From Eledone cirrhosa (lineage: Eukaryota), in NCBI GenBank assembly GCA_964016885.1, contig OZ024743.1:108376001-108440000 (forward strand): a stretch of 64,000 nt of DNA, given 5' to 3'. Positions 59,950-64,000 of this stretch are shown piece after piece. The position numbers and the translations under genes are program-made. The notes under the pieces are model-generated. The model saw only the letters and a list, made by a program, of their open reading frames with translations. It did no database searches and had not been told where the DNA came from. The first letter of the stretch is position 1, and the number at the start of each line of letters is the position of its first letter.

Positions 59950-60230
59950 TATATAAAGTAAACAGAAATAATAACACAATCTGTACAGTGTATGGAAGGG
60001 ATATATTAGGTTAACGCTTGATATAGCAGGAAGAGGGCCTTAACGTTTCGGACGCTAGTCCTTCATCAGAAGAAAGAATGAGAAATAAGGTAGATTGAGG
60101 TAACGTGCGGGATGGAATTGGAAAAAAATGTCTTTAGATAAAAATAACAGGTCGATTCATGTTGACATCTCTTGCTTATCCCCCTCTCTTATTCTATACA
60201 CACACTCATTTATAGCCGCAATTATATATA
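59950..60230 (-). mobile_element. Hammerhead family B element (homologue of 20310-20590)
   Basis: Minus strand GAAACGTTAAGGC...TTCCTGC...CAAGCGTT...CTAATATAT...ATACACTGT aligns with 20487-20550. Confidence 0.8.
60038..60073 (-). ncRNA. Minimal type I hammerhead ribozyme motif (intact core)
   Basis: TCTT-CTGATGA-A-GGAC-TAGC-GTCC-GAAAC-GTT^AAGG: 4-bp stem I, 4-bp stem II, loopless palindromic stem III (AACGTT), so it can only fold as a dimer. Confidence 0.75.
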
Positions 60231-60491
60231 TATTTATGGATATATATACATACATATCTAATAGATAGATAGATATACTTGTGTATCTATCCCATAAACA
60301 ATGTTTTAGGATAATAACTAAATCTTACGCTAGGTAAACGAAATGGTTCTGGCCGTGTTCTCCACTAATCGACTTAAATAGAGTTCTGTCTACCTAGCTG
60401 TAGTTGCTATGTGCAAATCAGAGAGAATCTCTATGCCTATTGTGTGACTCATAATTCAGAATCATCATGTGATAGCTTTATATCAGCCTTT

Positions 60492-60640
60492 GTGAAGGTG
60501 CGTGGCTCTATGGTTAAGGGGTTTAGCTAAGGATCGTAAGATTGTGATTTCGATTTCACCTGGCGCTCTCTGATCTTGTATAAAACAATTTATTTTAAGT
60601 TGCAAGCGCTCTATATAGACTACCTGTACAAACGAAAAGG
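60492..60640 (+). mobile_element. Old tRNA-derived SINE head
   Basis: GAAGGTGCGTGGCTCTATGGTTAAGG (A box)...GATTTCGATTTC (B box). Confidence 0.5.
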
Positions 60641-62579
60641 TAGGATAATCACACTTGGAAAATCTTTGCTCTTTCGCATACATCATCAAGACTTACGTTG
60701 CATTAATTAGCAACAACAGGAACATATATAATAATGTCGTATTTAACTGATACATACTAATTAAAATAATATACACTCGCGCGGGTATCTCCTATCACTT
60801 AGCTCGACTGTAGTATTTAAAATTCATTCAAATGCCAGACAATGACAGGCCTAACTTGTACATACTAAGCTTACCCACTGTTGATATTGCTGATGATTTG
60901 ACATCTAATATATACCTTGTTAGACGGCTTACAAACCAAATAATTTGTTTTGTTAATGTCATAGAATAAGAGCAAAATTTACATGAAACATTACATCAAA
61001 TTTTACATCAAATCTTACCACAAATTTTACATGAAAATTTACAGCAATCTTTTAAATGGTAGGACAGGGAAATGAGTGACAAATGTCGTCAGGAGTAAAC
61101 CCGGATTTTTAGTGTTCTCAAAGGAAGGGTAGACTAAAATGTTGGTGCGTTTTATAAGCTGGTGGTTTTTGTAAGCTGTCAAATACGGTAACATTGCTTG
61201 CAGCAAGTGTACAGAAACATATGTTTGAATATCTAATATGATAAAATGTGAACACTTTACTTTCTAACTAATACGGTAAGAAATATTTAAAACAAATGTA
61301 CATGTTTGTATATGTAAATCCATGTAAAATATCAGTATTACATTACGTTTTAAGGCTGGTGTATTTTAATAACATTATTGGAGACTTTTGTCGTCATTGC
61401 CTACAAAACCTGCACCACCTGCCGCAACTCTACATACGTTTAACATCTAATAACGTAAATGTGAATGGGGATTACAATTATATTTCTCTTATATAGATAT
61501 AACAACAAACAGTGCGAGATCCTGGACGTACTAATGACCCAGTGACGCAAATTATTATGTTAAATGTGTTTTGGTGCCTAAATAAATGAACATTTACGTA
61601 ACTATTTTCTAAGGATCAGTAGTAGCTGACTTTAAAATCGTATATTCATAATTAATATCAAGAAAACAATTTGATGAATCAAAATAGAATGATTTAGAAA
61701 TAACTTTACATGCACACATTCACACACACATATGCGTAGGCGTACAGAGACACAGGCATGCATACAGGTATTCGTTATTGCTAATAGTGAACAAAATGAA
61801 AAAAAACATGTACACTCTATCGATCAAACAGAAAGAAAAATACCAAGAGATTAAAGAAGAAAATGGTGAAAACCTTTCCAATAAATTACATGACAATACT
61901 TTACTAATGCATTCTGCCGTTGGAAAGAAAGTTCTTTATAAATCTACATCAGTATTGTATCTATGACGAGGAAATATTGTACAATCAACACAAATGTTTC
62001 GTTTCATGTCTTTACTGCTGACAGGGAACTTTTTCCGCGGTCATAACATTTCTAATTGTAATTAGGAAACGGTAAAGTCAAATAGATTAACTCACCTCTA
62101 GCAATAGCAGTGATATACTGATGTAAATGTATGGGCGATGGTGACCATACCTCTAAATTACATTGGAGTTCTGCTGAGATTTAACTATGATAGACTTGTC
62201 ACTAATAACGGATCTCTCACATTAATTCTATCTCTCTTCTGAACATGAAAGAAGAACGAAGTATCAGAGTTCACAGTAATTTTTTTTTTTCTTGTAAATC
62301 AATTGAAAATATTCATTCTATTGTGACAGAAGAGGCTATAAACACGGGTTACCTACATTTCAAATATAACTGTAACATAATCTGTTGAATAAAATACACT
62401 TCGTATATCAATCTCTGACCTCTTATTCGTCACTGTTTCTACAGCAGAGCTGTTTTAATTATTTTATTCCGTTCTATGATTTGTACTAAATGTACATGTT
62501 ATTGAACCCCATCGGCTTAGTCTATGAGTATTCTAGATATTTATTCAAAGGAATGATATGATTCTGAAATTAATGTCTA

Positions 62580-62775
62580 TGTAGATGAGCATTCTACAGA
62601 CTCTGCACCCTTAACGTATTTCTCAGTCACATTCAGCATGACAGAGTGTGTGACAATGCCAGCTCTTCGAATCATAGACACATGTTTTCGATAATATGAA
62701 CAGCAGCAACATAAAAATTCTTCCTCGAAGACACAACGCGATGCTGGGAGACGAGATTACGATCCTCAGCCAAGC
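62580..62775 (-). mobile_element. Old SINE family 2 fragment
   Basis: TTCTCAGTCACATTCAGCATGACAGAGTGTGTGACAA block shared with 8320-8345. Confidence 0.45.
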
Positions 62776-62958
62776 AAACCTAACAGATCCTCGGCTCGTA
62801 ATGGACGTCCATCACGAGCCGGAGATCCGCTAAGTTGAAACAATTGTTCTCACTATAGTGAACTAACTGTAGTGTAACCTCTTCCACCTAACTCGTCCCA
62901 TGGACTGAGTGCTCTACCACTACGGATGTTACCTTCCAGTGTTACCCACTATATACAT

Positions 62959-62990
<32 letters not shown>

Positions 62991-63552
62991 TTTAGGAACG
63001 ATCGACTTTCGTCAAATCGGACCGAGGAAACAATGTTCCCGTTGGTCTTTCCAATTGCTAATACTATCTATCGGTCGCAACCACAGGTAGAAGGAGCAAC
63101 GTGAAATAAATACAATAACAGAGATAGTTTAAAGCTAATCTCTGACTGGTAAACATCTCACTCAACAAACATTAGGTTATATTTTAATATAAACCCAATT
63201 TAAGTGTTTGGGGTGCTAACAATATGTATTATGTGGAAAAGCCAGTTGTATTATTTTATGAGATATAATTAAAGTTAAAATATATCTCTCTTTCCAAACA
63301 ATTGTTTCATTATAAGTTTTCTACAAATTCGGAGAATAATTCCAGTTTATGTAGAAGCCTAATATACATTCATGTAAGAATATATTTAGGTGGGCGTTTA
63401 TAAATCATCAGTGGAAGCCCAATAAACTTTGATATAAGAAAAACATTTCTTACCACAGTTAAAAATCGTGTCCGTTAAGTTGCTCCTTCCCGCATCGAAT
63501 GACCGGCAAATTTGAAATTCCAGCAGTTTTTGACTGAGGAAGTAATATAGCG

Positions 63553-63625
<73 letters not shown>

Positions 63626-64000
63626 AATGAATAATAACAGGTAGACATCATAAAAAGGTAATTCATTCCGTGTGCTTACAAATGTTTCCACGGTGGTAAT
63701 ACAGCCTAGTTATGCTATGTGCAAATTTACAACTATTTGCAGGAAGAGAGAAAATTAGGGGAGAGGGAGAGAGAGAGAGAGAAAGATATGCAGGGGTTGG
63801 AGAAATAGGAGAGAGTGGTTTGTAGATATCTTAATCAAAATGTTATGGTAGGGGTTTTATTATACTGGTTACTTTTGGAGAGATGCGTTGATAGTTAAGG
63901 TCGGGATTATTTATTGCCCCAGAGGGCAGGTACATAGATGTGGAGAGGGAGGTAGGCCAAAGGCGAGAGAGAGAGAGAGTGTAATGGATGTAGAGAGAGA

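Noticed and set aside
62785-62828. Small GC-rich hairpin GGCTCGTAATGGACGTCCATCACGAGCC
   Set aside because: Short and single, with no family or functional motif evident; not interpretable from sequence alone.

Overview
Very AT-rich, microsatellite-saturated eukaryotic DNA. The repeat content suggests a coleoid cephalopod such as Octopus, but that is inference. Almost all ORF-track entries are (TA)n/(CA)n/(TC)n artefacts. Supported content: (1) one convincing host coding exon at 31697-31838 (+), encoding C-x-F-P-x-x-W-x-G-x-W-F with canonical splice sites, so much of the window is probably intron; (2) a near full-length, decayed Tx1/L1-clade LINE at 33481-39033 inserted in an (ATCT)n array; (3) several decayed R4/Dong-like and RTE-like LINE fragments; (4) about 17 copies of one ~190-bp tRNA-type SINE plus older SINE families; (5) several short families embedded in (TA)n arrays that carry type I hammerhead ribozyme motifs (CUGANGA...GAAAC...GUH) and often occur as fold-back inverted duplications. 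One of these flanks a decayed Penelope-like RT. I read (5) as a ribozyme-bearing, TA-targeting Penelope/retrozyme-like system, and it is the most interesting signal. All folds and alignments were done by eye, and element boundaries are approximate unless stated.
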